From positions 56,243 through 117,985 of the forward strand of contig CAZAVX010000002.1 of NCBI GenBank assembly GCA_964488835.1: DNA of 61,743 nt, in the 5' to 3' direction. Under the pieces are notes generated by a model. The model was not told the DNA's origin. It saw only the letters and a list, made by a program, of their open reading frames with translations, and made no database searches. The stretch's first letter is position 1. Every line of letters begins with the position of its first letter. The translations under genes were made by a program, and so were the position numbers. Positions 28,022-37,484 of the stretch are shown in pieces. The DNA is from an uncultured Iamiaceae bacterium. GTDB taxonomy: Bacteria > Actinomycetota > Acidimicrobiia > Acidimicrobiales > SKKL01.

Positions 28022-29206
28022 CTACGAGCCGTTGATCGACCAGTGCCAGGGCTCCGATGGCAGGTTGAAGAACCCGTAGAGATGGGCGTTCTCGGCCAGC
28101 CATCGGAAGCCCGGGCTGTTCCGCGACCCGATCGTCACGCCGTTGACGGTGAGGTCGATCGCGAGCCCGAGCTCGTGCATCGAGTTGCCGGGGCGCGCCG
28201 TCGGCGGCGAGCACTGGTCGGCTGGCATCTCGTAGATCGCGTAGTCGTCCTCGCCGCAGTGGAGGCGCCGCAGCTCGATCTGCTCGGCATGGGTCCGGTA
28301 CGCGCCGCCGCCGAGGCGGACCCCGTCGGCCTCGGCGGCCGCGAGCATCATCTCCACCTGGCCGGCGATCGACTGGTGGACCCGTAGGCCGCGTACGTTC
28401 ACGAGCGGCACGCCGCGGTCCCGATGCGCGGTGGCCTCGGCGACGAGACGGGCGTTGTTCGCGCCGAGGTCGAGTCCGACGAGCGCCGCCTCGTAGCTCG
28501 CCCCGAGCTGGCGGAGCCGGACCTCCTCGCGCAGCTGGTGGTTCCGCTCCCGCGCGTCGCTGAGGTCGGTGAACACCTGGGCAGCTGCGTCGCGCGCCTC
28601 CTCGACCCGACGCTCGCTCGCTTCGGCGCGTGCTCGCAAGCGCTCGAGCTGGCTCCGGGCCTGGCGGAGGCGGCCGACCAGGTCGGTGTCGCGCTCGGCC
28701 TGGACGTCGAGGTAGACGACGAGGCGCGCGGCGTCCGCCGGTGCCGCCGCCGACACGAACGCGTCGAAGGTGTCGACGCCGGGCGGCTGCACGTAGGCGT
28801 TGACCGCCATCGTCGCCATCAGGCCCTCGAGGTGGGTGACCTCGGCCTCCTTCGCGTCGAGCGACGCCTGCACCCGTTCCGAGTGCTGCTCGGCGGCGAC
28901 GAGGTCGGCCTGGAGGCGCTCGACCTCGGCGGCCTGGACGAGCATCCAGTAGTCGAGGGTCTCGATCGCCGAGGTGAGCTCGGCGTCGGATGCCGCGAGC
29001 TCGTCGAGCTCCATGGCGAGCGCGACCCCGCGGCGCACCAGTTCGTTGCGTTCGTCGTTGCGACGGTCGGCCCACGCCGTGCCTGGCACGATTGCGATCA
29101 CGACCACGGCAGCGACCGCGATCCGCCACCACCGAGACACCCGACTCCTCAAGACCCCAACCTCACGACAGACGGCGCGACATCGCGCGAACAACGTCCG
29201 GTGCAC
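28022..29206 (-). CDS. Membrane-anchored coiled-coil protein with a C-terminal M15B (VanY / D-Ala-D-Ala carboxypeptidase-like) peptidase domain
   Basis: 394 aa. N-terminal anchor WWRIAVAAVVVIAIV, a long heptad-like region, and a C-terminal zinc-peptidase signature (SMHELGLAIDL ... EPWHW). The start may be a few codons downstream. Confidence 0.75.
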   Translation of the reverse strand: MHRTLFARCRAVCREVGVLRSRVSRWWRIAVAAVVVIAIVPGTAWADRRNDERNELVRRGVALAMELDELAASDAELTSAIETLDYWMLVQAAEVERLQADLVAAEQHSERVQASLDAKEAEVTHLEGLMATMAVNAYVQPPGVDTFDAFVSAAAPADAARLVVYLDVQAERDTDLVGRLRQARSQLERLRARAEASERRVEEARDAAAQVFTDLSDARERNHQLREEVRLRQLGASYEAALVGLDLGANNARLVAEATAHRDRGVPLVNVRGLRVHQSIAGQVEMMLAAAEADGVRLGGGAYRTHAEQIELRRLHCGEDDYAIYEMPADQCSPPTARPGNSMHELGLAIDLTVNGVTIGSRNSPGFRWLAENAHLYGFFNLPSEPWHWSINGS

Positions 29207-29288
29207 GCCCTCACCGTGATCGGGTTACGGATCGGCAGGAACCCTCCGACTCTTGAGGAGTTCGTCGAGCCTGCTCGACGGCTCGTCG

Positions 29289-30092
29289 CTACAGGATCTG
29301 GGAGAGGAAGAGCTTGGTGCGGTCCTCCTGGGGGTTCTGGAAGAAGTGCTCGGGGGTGCCGACCTCGACGACCTCGCCGTCGGCCATGAACACCACCTGG
29401 TCGGCGACCTCACGGGCGAACCCCATCTCGTGGGTGACGACGATCATCGTCATGCCGCTGCGGGCGAGCTCCTTCATGGCGTCGAGCACCTCGGCCACCA
29501 TCTCGGGGTCGAGCGCCGAGGTCGGCTCGTCGAAGAGCATCACCTTGGGCCGCATGGCGAGCGCCCGGGCGATGGCGACCCGCTGCTGCTGACCGCCCGA
29601 GAGCTGGCCCGGGTACTTGTAGGCCTGCTCGGGGATCTTCACCCGTTCGAGCAGCTCCATCGCGAAGGCCTCCGCCTCCGCCTTGGGCTCCTTGCGCACC
29701 TGCCGCGGGGCGAGGGTGATGTTCTCCATCACCGTGAGGTGGGGGAAGAGGTTGAACGACTGGAAGACCATCCCGGTCTCCCGGCGGATCTCGGCGATGG
29801 CGCGCACGTCGTCGGTGAGCTCGAGGCCGTCGACGACGATGCGGCCGCGGTCGTGGCTCTCGAGGCGGTTGATGCAGCGGATGAGGGTCGACTTGCCCGA
29901 GCCCGACGGCCCGATGACCACGACCACCTCCTGACGACCGACCGCCATGTCGATGCCGCGGAGCGCGCAGAAGTCGCCGAACCACTTCTCGACCCCTTCG
30001 AGCAGGATCATCGTCTCGCCGGTGCCGCCCGCCACCATCGCGGCGTCGATGAGGCTCGTCCGGTCGTGCGTGTCGGTGTGGTCGTCGGTCAT
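29289..30092 (-). CDS. Amino-acid ABC transporter ATP-binding protein (GlnQ/AapP-like)
   Basis: 267 aa. Walker [10 protein letters not shown], signature LSGGQQQRV, Walker [12 protein letters not shown]. The ATG overlaps the upstream permease stop. Confidence 0.9.
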   Translation of the reverse strand: MTDDHTDTHDRTSLIDAAMVAGGTGETMILLEGVEKWFGDFCALRGIDMAVGRQEVVVVIGPSGSGKSTLIRCINRLESHDRGRIVVDGLELTDDVRAIAEIRRETGMVFQSFNLFPHLTVMENITLAPRQVRKEPKAEAEAFAMELLERVKIPEQAYKYPGQLSGGQQQRVAIARALAMRPKVMLFDEPTSALDPEMVAEVLDAMKELARSGMTMIVVTHEMGFAREVADQVVFMADGEVVEVGTPEHFFQNPQEDRTKLFLSQIL

Positions 30093-31360
30093 CGGGTTCC
30101 AACTCCAAGGCGGGCTTCGAGCCGGCGGCTCTCACGGGACATCGAGTACGAGATCGCCCAGAAGACGAAGGCGACGAAGGGCAACGTGACGTTGTGGAGA
30201 CCGCGGCCGGCGAAGTCGGGCTGGCTCGTGACCGCCTGCCCGACGCTCAACAGCTCGAGGAATCCGAGGATGAACAACAGCGAGGTGTCCTGGAACAGGC
30301 TGATGAACTGGCCGACCATCGCGGGGATGACCGAGCGCAGCGCCTGGGGCAGCTGGATGCGCCGGACCACCGCGAAGGGCGACAGGCCGAGGGCCTGACC
30401 GGCCTCGATCTGACCCTTGTCGACACCCTGGAGCCCACCGCGGACGATCTCGGCGATGTAGGCCGATTCGAAGATGACGATGGCGATGAGCGCGCGCACC
30501 AGGTTGCTCGGCACCGGGACCCAGCTCGGCAGGAAGAAGCCGATCATCAACTGGCCCATGAACAGCAGGGTGATGAGCGGCACCCCGCGGAAGAACTCGA
30601 TGTAGGCGATCGACACGACTCGCACGGCGGGGAGTGACGAGCGCCGTCCCATCGCGAGGAGGAGTCCGAGCGGGAAGGCGAGGAGGATGCCGGCGAAGGT
30701 GACGAAGACGCTGAGGTGCAGGCCTCCCCAGTCGTTCCAGGCCTGACCGCCGAAGCCGCTCAACACGACGACCGCCGCGGCGAATCCGACGACGCCGATG
30801 AGCCAGACCACCCGCCGGATCGCGGGCGGCAGCCTCGTGCCCACCCCCCGGGCGCCGACGCCGAGCGCCGCCACGACGAGGGTGAGGACGGTGGGGAGCA
30901 CGGTGCGGGTGAAGCTGAGGACGACGACCACCAGCACGAGGAGCGGCCAGAAACGTCGGATCCGGTCGCGCCAGGTGATGCGCTGGATGAACCGGCCCTG
31001 CTGGGCGGCGATCTCAGCGGCAGTGACCGAGGCCCCGCCGGCGACGAGGGCGAACGTGACCGCGAGGATCCCGCTCGCCACCCACGGTCGCCACAGCTGG
31101 TCACGGTCGAAGCGGCCGACCATGAACGTGGTGAGGTTGCGGCGGACGATCTCCCAGTCGGCGGACACGAACACGTACCGAGCCGCCCGGTAGGCCGCAT
31201 ACGCCACGACGACGCCGAAGAACACCGTCAGCACGGCGTTGGGCACGGAGTTGAAGAGGTTGGCCCGCATCCACGCGACCGGCCCGACGGTGCGGTCGGG
31301 CGGGACGAGGTCGTCGCGGCGTCGAGCGGCCGATGGCGTGGCGGTGGCGTCGACGCTCAT
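30089..31360 (-). CDS. Amino-acid ABC transporter permease (AapM/BztC-like, long N-terminal extension)
   Basis: C-terminal 423 codons of ORF 30089..32287, starting at the ATG at 31360, which overlaps the upstream stop (ATGA). Many TM helices and an EAA-type loop ([23 protein letters not shown]). Confidence 0.85.
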   Translation of the reverse strand: MSVDATATPSAARRRDDLVPPDRTVGPVAWMRANLFNSVPNAVLTVFFGVVVAYAAYRAARYVFVSADWEIVRRNLTTFMVGRFDRDQLWRPWVASGILAVTFALVAGGASVTAAEIAAQQGRFIQRITWRDRIRRFWPLLVLVVVVLSFTRTVLPTVLTLVVAALGVGARGVGTRLPPAIRRVVWLIGVVGFAAAVVVLSGFGGQAWNDWGGLHLSVFVTFAGILLAFPLGLLLAMGRRSSLPAVRVVSIAYIEFFRGVPLITLLFMGQLMIGFFLPSWVPVPSNLVRALIAIVIFESAYIAEIVRGGLQGVDKGQIEAGQALGLSPFAVVRRIQLPQALRSVIPAMVGQFISLFQDTSLLFILGFLELLSVGQAVTSQPDFAGRGLHNVTLPFVAFVFWAISYSMSRESRRLEARLGVGTR

Positions 31361-32556
31361 CGGGTGACCAACTGGAAGCGACGGTTCACGAGGTTCGTGA
31401 ACAGGGCGATGACGAGGGACAGGAACAGGTAGCTCATCATCAGGATGAAGATCGACTGGGGCGCCGGGTTGCCGTTGCCGATCACGATGAAGGTGACCTG
31501 GGTGAGCTCGGCGTAGGCGACGGCGATCGCGAGTGACGAGTTCTTCGTGAGGTTGAGGTACTGGTTCGCGATGGCCGGCACGGCGATGCGGAACGCCTGG
31601 GGAAGGATGACGAAGCGCAGCCGGGCGAAGCTCGAGAGGCCGAGCGCGAGCGACGCCTCGGTCTGACCACGGTGCACGGCCTGGATGCTGCCGCGCACGA
31701 TCTCGGCGATGTAGCTCGCGGTGTAGATGACGAGCGCGAAGAGGACCGCGGCGTGGTTCGCGCTCATCGACCAACCGCCCACGAGCTGCCGACCCGCGAC
31801 CTCGGGCCGGTCGATGCCGAGCGGCCGCCCGGTGAGCAGCCACCCGACGACGGCGACGAGCAGGAAGACCCCGGCGCTCAGCGCGACGCGATGGTGCGGC
31901 TCGCCGGTGCGTACGTTGCGCACGGTGCGCCACCACCACACCCCTGCGGCCAGGAGCGCGCCGACCGCGACGATGGCGAGGAACCCGCCCGAGCCCGGGT
32001 CGAGCGACGGGGCGGCGAAAGAGATCGTGCGGTTCGTCCAGATGGCGAGCCCGTCGAACCACACCGTGGGCGACGAGATCTGCGGCAGCGGCAGGACGAC
32101 CGCGTAGAACATGAAGACGATGACGATGAGCGGCGGCAGGTTGCGGAGGGTCTCGACGTAGACGGTGGCCGCCTTCCGCACGAGCCAGTTCGTCGAGAGG
32201 CTCGCCACCCCGACGACGATCCCGAGGATCGTCGTGAACACGATGCCCATGGCCGCCACCGACACCGTGTTGCGGAACCCGACCCACAGCGCGTCGCGCA
32301 CCGGCTGGGCGGGGCGGAAGTCAGAGCCGAGGATCTGGAAGCCGGCGGGTTGGTCGAGGAACCCGAAGTCGGTACGGATGCCCTGACGCTGGAGGTTGCC
32401 GACGAGGTTGGAGTAGAGGAACGACACCATGGCCACGACCAGCGCGGCGAACACCAGCTGCAGCGCGAGGCGGATCACCCGCACGTCGCGCCAGAACGGC
32501 GGACGCGTCGGTGTCACCCCCCTCGGGGTCGGTGTGGTCGACTCGACGACGGTCAT
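31357..32556 (-). CDS. Amino-acid ABC transporter permease (AapQ/BztB-like)
   Basis: 399 aa, polytopic, with EAA-type loop TEASLALGLSSFARLRFVILPQA. Confidence 0.85.
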   Translation of the reverse strand: MTVVESTTPTPRGVTPTRPPFWRDVRVIRLALQLVFAALVVAMVSFLYSNLVGNLQRQGIRTDFGFLDQPAGFQILGSDFRPAQPVRDALWVGFRNTVSVAAMGIVFTTILGIVVGVASLSTNWLVRKAATVYVETLRNLPPLIVIVFMFYAVVLPLPQISSPTVWFDGLAIWTNRTISFAAPSLDPGSGGFLAIVAVGALLAAGVWWWRTVRNVRTGEPHHRVALSAGVFLLVAVVGWLLTGRPLGIDRPEVAGRQLVGGWSMSANHAAVLFALVIYTASYIAEIVRGSIQAVHRGQTEASLALGLSSFARLRFVILPQAFRIAVPAIANQYLNLTKNSSLAIAVAYAELTQVTFIVIGNGNPAPQSIFILMMSYLFLSLVIALFTNLVNRRFQLVTR

Positions 32557-32593
32557 CTGCCTCCTCGCGCCCCGGCAGTGGGTCGGCTCGACG

Positions 32594-32634
32594 GCCCGTC
32601 GGGGCGGGCCCGGGAAGGACCCGCCCCGACGGGC
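32594..32634 (-). promoter_or_regulatory. Intercistronic 15-bp perfect stem-loop between the binding-protein gene and the permease genes
   Basis: GCCCGTCGGGGCGGG (32594-32608) and CCCGCCCCGACGGGC (32620-32634) are exact reverse complements with an 11-nt loop. They lie in the 93-nt gap downstream of the binding-protein stop (32650) and upstream of the permease start (32556). Confidence 0.6.
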
Positions 32635-32649
32635 GACGCCGAGAGCTGA

Positions 32650-33783
32650 CTAGCGGTACGGATAGCCGAACAGCAGGCCGCCGTTGGTCCACAGCTCGTT
32701 GAGCCCGCGCTCGAGGCCGAGCGGGGTGTCCGGGCCGAGGTGGCGGTCGTAGATCTCTCCGTAGTTGCCGACCTGGGAGATGACCTGGACGGCGAAGTCG
32801 GTGGGCAGCCCGAGACCCGGGTCGAAGGTGGTGCCCTCGGCGGGATCCTCGAGCCCGAGGAACCGACGGATCTCCGGATCGTCGGTGTCCATGAAGTCGT
32901 CGATGTTGGCGGAGGTGATGCCGAACTCCTCGGCGAGGATCGTGGCGAACACCGTCCACTGGACGGCGTCGTACCAGGCCGAGTCACCGTCGCGCACGGC
33001 GGGACCGAGCGGCTCCTTCGACATCGTCTCGTCGAGGATCGTCAACGCCTCCGGGCCACCGTCGGCCTCGGGGTAGGCGGAGCGCACACCGGCGAGCTGG
33101 GACTTGTCGGAGGTCCAGCCGTCGCACTGACCGGAGAGGAAGGCCTCCCGCAGGGTGTCGTTGTCCTCGAACGACCGCGGCGTGTAGGTGATGCCGCGGG
33201 CGTTGAAGACCGTCGCGAGGTTCAACTCGGTGGTGGTGCCCGACAGCACGCAGATCGAGCCGCCCTCGAGATCTTCGAGCGAGCCGATGCCGTCGGCGGT
33301 GCGCACCATCATGCCCTGACCGTCGAAGAACGTGGTCTGGACGAACGCCGCTCCCTCGCCACCGTCGCGGGTCGCGGTCCAGGTGGTGTTGCGGACGAGG
33401 ACGTCGATCTCACCGGACTGCAGCGCGGTGAAGCGCTGGGGTGCGGTGAGCGGGACGTATTCGACGGCGTCCGCATCGCCGAGCACCGCCGCGGCGATGG
33501 CCCGGCAGTAGTCGATGTCGAAGCCCGAGAAGCTGCCGTCCTCGTCGACGAAGCCGAAGCCCGGGACGGCGTCGTTCACGCCGCACTTCACCGCGCCGGC
33601 CTGCTGGACCGACTCGAGCAGGCTCTCGCCGCTCTGCACCAGATCGATGGTGTCGGTGGGGGTCTCCGTTCCGTCCCCGTCGGTGGTGTCGGAGGACGAA
33701 TCGTCGTCGCCGGTGCACGCACCGGCCAAGAGGACCAGAGCGGCCAACAATGCCACCCAACTCCTCCACCTTCGCTGGTTCAT
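32650..33783 (-). CDS. Amino-acid ABC transporter substrate-binding lipoprotein (AapJ/BztA-like)
   Basis: ATG at 33783 preceded by GGGAGTG. Signal peptide and lipobox LLAGAC followed by TGDDDSSSD. 377 aa, with a periplasmic binding-protein family 3 layout. Confidence 0.85.
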   Translation of the reverse strand: MNQRRWRSWVALLAALVLLAGACTGDDDSSSDTTDGDGTETPTDTIDLVQSGESLLESVQQAGAVKCGVNDAVPGFGFVDEDGSFSGFDIDYCRAIAAAVLGDADAVEYVPLTAPQRFTALQSGEIDVLVRNTTWTATRDGGEGAAFVQTTFFDGQGMMVRTADGIGSLEDLEGGSICVLSGTTTELNLATVFNARGITYTPRSFEDNDTLREAFLSGQCDGWTSDKSQLAGVRSAYPEADGGPEALTILDETMSKEPLGPAVRDGDSAWYDAVQWTVFATILAEEFGITSANIDDFMDTDDPEIRRFLGLEDPAEGTTFDPGLGLPTDFAVQVISQVGNYGEIYDRHLGPDTPLGLERGLNELWTNGGLLFGYPYR

Positions 33784-33982
33784 GTTCAACACTCCCCTGG
33801 GTTGTCGGCCCCTGCCCCTGCGATCGCCCGGCTCAGACTCGAATCGGGCGAGGCCGGAGGCGAGCCGTCGGTTGGTGTGCCCCTGAAGGTACGCGACGGC
33901 TCGTCCCCGTGCTCGGAATCTCACGAGATCGACATCGAGCGTTCACACGGCCGGCCGCGGCCGGGGCCGACGGGGAGCGGTG

Positions 33983-34372
33983 TCAGCGGTCGTCGAGGAA
34001 CGAGCCGATCAGATCGCGGATCGAGACGATGCCGACCGGGCCGCCGGCGTCGACGACGGGGAGGTGGCGGATCCCACCGTCGATCATGATGCGCGCCACC
34101 TCGTCGATCGACGCGGCGGACTCGACCGACACCAGCTCGAAGGTCATCACGTCATCGGCCCGCTCGGAGTCGAGGTCGACCCCCTCGGCGATGGCCCGGA
34201 CGATGTCCCGCTCCGAGACGATGCCGACGAGACCGTCGGCGCCCTTCACGGGGACGGCACCGACCTCCTCGCGCGCCAACGTCTCGGCGACCTGGCGCAG
34301 GGTGGTGTCGGGGCGCACGCTGACGGTGCTGCGGTGCATCACGGTGGCGACAGGGGCAGTGCTGGCAAGCAT
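33983..34372 (-). CDS. CBS-pair domain protein
   Basis: 129 aa. Two CBS-like repeats (VGAVPVKGADGLVGIVSERDI and IRHLPVVDAGGPVGIVSIRDL). Confidence 0.85.
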   Translation of the reverse strand: MLASTAPVATVMHRSTVSVRPDTTLRQVAETLAREEVGAVPVKGADGLVGIVSERDIVRAIAEGVDLDSERADDVMTFELVSVESAASIDEVARIMIDGGIRHLPVVDAGGPVGIVSIRDLIGSFLDDR

Positions 34373-34479
34373 GTCGGGGCTCCATCGGACGGACCGGCGG
34401 TGTGCCGGTGGAGGTGGACGACCGGGCGACCCGGTCGCTGTGACTTCAGCGTGCCCGTTCGCAGGCGGGTCTCAAAGGG

Positions 34480-36018
34480 TCAAAGGTCCCCACTGCACCG
34501 GCTCGAAGGTCGCCGGGCCGACCACTCGGCGATCGCCCGGCCCATCGGCGTGGAGGGCGGGCCGGCGACGAACGGCCAGAGCTCCTCGGCGATGGCCCGC
34601 CAGTCGGCGGTGGCGTTCATCTGTCCGATGACCGCGTAGAGACCGAGGTTGATGCGTTGGATGACGACGAAGCTCGTCGGCACGTTGATCGCCTTCATCA
34701 CCGGCCCGTGAGGACCGGAGAGGTCGGTCATGTGGCGGATGGTCGCGGCGGCGTACTCCTCGGTGATGGTGCGCGGACCGGGCCGCAGCACGAGCTCGTA
34801 GAAGTGCGAGAAGTAGTCGTGCACCGCTCGGTCGCTCACCGGCGCGTCGAGCGGGACGATGCCGATGCGGTCGATCTCCCGCCGGAACCTCGCGGCGTCC
34901 CCCTCGAGCACGAGCGCCTCGATGAGCCGGCCGAAGTCGTCGATCTCGGCATCGGTGAAGCGTTTGACGAGCCCGAAGTCGAGGAAGCTCACCCGCCCAC
35001 CACGCGAGAAGCGGTAGTTGCCGGGGTGCGGATCGCCGTTGAACATCTTCAGGCCGTAGATGCTCCCGAACGCGAAGCGGTAGATCGTCTCGGCGGCGAG
35101 GTTCCGCTCGTGGTCGGGCCAGGTCAGCATCTCGTCGAAGGAGACGCCGTCGACCAGCTCGGAGGTGAGGACCCTGCCGGTGCTCAGCTCGTCGACCACG
35201 TCGGGCACGTGGATGGTGGGGTGACCCCGATACTCGTCGGCGAACCGGCGTTGGTGTTCGGCCTCGAGGGTGTAGTCGAGCTCCTCGACGAGACGTTCGC
35301 GCAGCTCGTCGACGATCGGCTCGGGGTCGAGGCCGGGGAACAGTTGGGCGATGCCGGCGAAGATCGGCCCGGCGTTCGCGAGGTCGGACCGGATGGCGTC
35401 GTCGACGCCGGGATACTGCACCTTCACCGCCACGGCCCGTCCGTCGCGGGTGATCGCGCGGTGCACCTGGCCGATCGAGGCCGCGGCGATCGGCAACGGG
35501 TCCCACGTGGCGAAGATCTCCTCGGGCGGGGCGCCCAGCTCGGCGGCCACCGCGCTCGCCGCGAGCTCGGGGCTCATCGGCGGTGCGTCGGCCTGCAGCT
35601 GGGCGAGGGCGGACCGGACGTGCTCGGGGAGCCCCTGGTCGAGGTAGCTCGCCATCTGGCCGAGCTTCATGAGGGCGCCCTTCAGGTTGCCGAGGGTGGC
35701 GACGACCTGTTCGACCGAGCGGATCTCGAACCGCCGGTCGAGCTCCTCCCGGCGTTCGGCGGCCGCGAACACCCGTCGGGCACGGTGCATCGCGTACCGC
35801 CCGGCCGTGACCCCGCCGATGCGAGCGAGCTGGGTGTTGCGCGACAGACGGGAGGTGCGGACCCAGCCCCTGGTGGGACGCCCGGACCGGCCGGCCCGCC
35901 GCCGCGCGACGAGGCCGGCAGCGGCGGAGACGACGACGAGGACGAGGACGAGGACGAGGAGCGCGGGCCACCGACGTGCGACGCCGTCGCGGCGAGTCGA
36001 CCTCGGTGGCTTCGTCAT
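34480..36018 (-). CDS. ABC1/UbiB-family atypical kinase with an N-terminal TM anchor
   Basis: ATG at 36018 within ORF 34480..36261. Anchor WPALLVLVLVLVVVSAAAGLV. ABC1 motifs (KLGQMASYLD, AAASIGQVHRA, VAVKVQYPGV, FNGDPHPGN, LDFGLV). 512 aa. Confidence 0.85.
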   Translation of the reverse strand: MTKPPRSTRRDGVARRWPALLVLVLVLVVVSAAAGLVARRRAGRSGRPTRGWVRTSRLSRNTQLARIGGVTAGRYAMHRARRVFAAAERREELDRRFEIRSVEQVVATLGNLKGALMKLGQMASYLDQGLPEHVRSALAQLQADAPPMSPELAASAVAAELGAPPEEIFATWDPLPIAAASIGQVHRAITRDGRAVAVKVQYPGVDDAIRSDLANAGPIFAGIAQLFPGLDPEPIVDELRERLVEELDYTLEAEHQRRFADEYRGHPTIHVPDVVDELSTGRVLTSELVDGVSFDEMLTWPDHERNLAAETIYRFAFGSIYGLKMFNGDPHPGNYRFSRGGRVSFLDFGLVKRFTDAEIDDFGRLIEALVLEGDAARFRREIDRIGIVPLDAPVSDRAVHDYFSHFYELVLRPGPRTITEEYAAATIRHMTDLSGPHGPVMKAINVPTSFVVIQRINLGLYAVIGQMNATADWRAIAEELWPFVAGPPSTPMGRAIAEWSARRPSSRCSGDL

Positions 36019-36124
36019 GCGGCTGGTTCTAGTCCGGTGGCGACGCCGCGGCACGGCGGCCGCCCGGTGCGCCGGGACCGACGGGCCGTTCGAGCCCGGT
36101 CGTGCGGGATGCCACAATCGGCGG

Positions 36125-37138
36125 GTGCACATCGACAAGCTCCGCAACACCACCGGCTTCGTCGTCGTCGATCTCGACGACGCGCCCACCTCGGTGGGCA
36201 TCGTCCGAGTGGCCCCGAAGGTGCTCCAGGGCAGCGCGACGGCCCTCGCCCGCACCGCCACCTACACCTTCGCCGCCCGCGAGCTGCAGGTCGGCGGAGC
36301 CTCGGCCGGCATCAGCACCGATCCCGAGCAGCGCGCCGAGGCCGTCGCCGCCTTCGCCGACGAAGTGCGCGAACGCGTCGACGCGGGCACCCTCGTGCTC
36401 GACCCCGGCCCCGGCGTCACCGACGAGCCGCTCGTCGCGCTCGCGGGCGACACCACCCGACACGCCGTGCGCCACGAGTCGGTGGGCGACACGACACTCG
36501 ACGCCCATCTCGCCGGCCTCGGACCGGTGGTGGCGGCCGAGGCGGCCCTCGGTGGGCTCGACGGGCGCACGGCGGCAGTCGAGCTCGGACCCTCCGCCCC
36601 GGTGCTCGTCGCCGAGCTGGTCGCGAGAGGGGCGACGGTCGTCGCGGTCGCGGGCCCCAAGGGCGCGGTGGCGGTTCCCGGAGGTGTGGTGCCCGAGGCG
36701 CTCGCCGGTGCGGTCGATCTCGCCACCCTCGGCGAGGTGCAGGCCATCGACAGCTTCTTCACCACCGAGGCATCGGTGCTCTTCTGCGGGTCGCGGCAGG
36801 GCATGATCGACGGCGCCACCGCCGAGGCGCTCGCGGCCGAGCTGGTGGTGCCCACCGGCTGCCAGCCGCTCTCGGCCAAGGGGCTCGCCGTGCTCCGGCG
36901 ACGGGGTGTCGTGGCCCTCGCCGACTTCGTCACCACCGCCGGGCCCACCTACGCCTGGTGGCCCGCCGGCGAGCCCACCGTCGACGCGGTGATCGCCGAC
37001 GCCACCGCCGGCATCACCGAGCTCGTCACGGCCACGCTCGACCACGAGGAGGGTCCCCTCCTCGGCGCGTGCTACCGCGCCGAGTCGTTCCTCGCCACCT
37101 GGCAGAGCGAGCGACCCTTCGGGCGGCCGCTGGCCTGA
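36125..37138 (+). CDS. Divergent Glu/Leu/Phe/Val-dehydrogenase-fold protein (catalytic motifs degenerate)
   Basis: GTG at 36125 within ORF 35669..37138. 337 aa. By eye it aligns to the Leu/Val dehydrogenase core, but it has VGGASAGI where GGGK is expected and ELGPSAP where the GxGxxG dinucleotide motif is expected. Confidence 0.5.
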   Translation: MHIDKLRNTTGFVVVDLDDAPTSVGIVRVAPKVLQGSATALARTATYTFAARELQVGGASAGISTDPEQRAEAVAAFADEVRERVDAGTLVLDPGPGVTDEPLVALAGDTTRHAVRHESVGDTTLDAHLAGLGPVVAAEAALGGLDGRTAAVELGPSAPVLVAELVARGATVVAVAGPKGAVAVPGGVVPEALAGAVDLATLGEVQAIDSFFTTEASVLFCGSRQGMIDGATAEALAAELVVPTGCQPLSAKGLAVLRRRGVVALADFVTTAGPTYAWWPAGEPTVDAVIADATAGITELVTATLDHEEGPLLGACYRAESFLATWQSERPFGRPLA

Positions 37139-37170
37139 CGGCGTGCTCGTCGTCGGCGCTCGGTCGGCAC

Positions 37171-37476
37171 TCAGTCGGCGCGGCGGCGGGTGAGCCACCA
37201 CACGACGAGCGCCACGAGCGAGCCGAGCACCACCAGCGGCAGGAGCTGCACGGCCTTCGACGGGGCACCCGCGGTGGGGGCCGGTCGGTGTGGACGCGGC
37301 GCGACCGGGGCCGCAGGGGCGGCGCCGATGTCGGCACCGGCGTCGGCGTCGGGCGCCGGCTCGTCGGGCGACGGGTCGGGCTCGGGCCCGAGCAGGGCGT
37401 CGATGGGGGCGGCCTCGGGATCGGGCGAGGACGCCGGGCGGGGTCGGGAGCGACGGGGGTCGTAACCGGAGGACAT
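37171..37476 (-). CDS. Small proline-rich, C-terminally anchored (tail-anchored) membrane protein
   Basis: 101 aa from the ATG at 37476 within ORF 37171..37929. A Pro/Ala/Asp-rich disordered region is followed by a single C-terminal TM (LLPLVVLGSLVALVVWWL) and RRRAD. It lies 8 nt downstream of the ParA-like gene. Confidence 0.55.
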   Translation of the reverse strand: MSSGYDPRRSRPRPASSPDPEAAPIDALLGPEPDPSPDEPAPDADAGADIGAAPAAPVAPRPHRPAPTAGAPSKAVQLLPLVVLGSLVALVVWWLTRRRAD

Positions 37477-37484
37477 GGGTGCGT

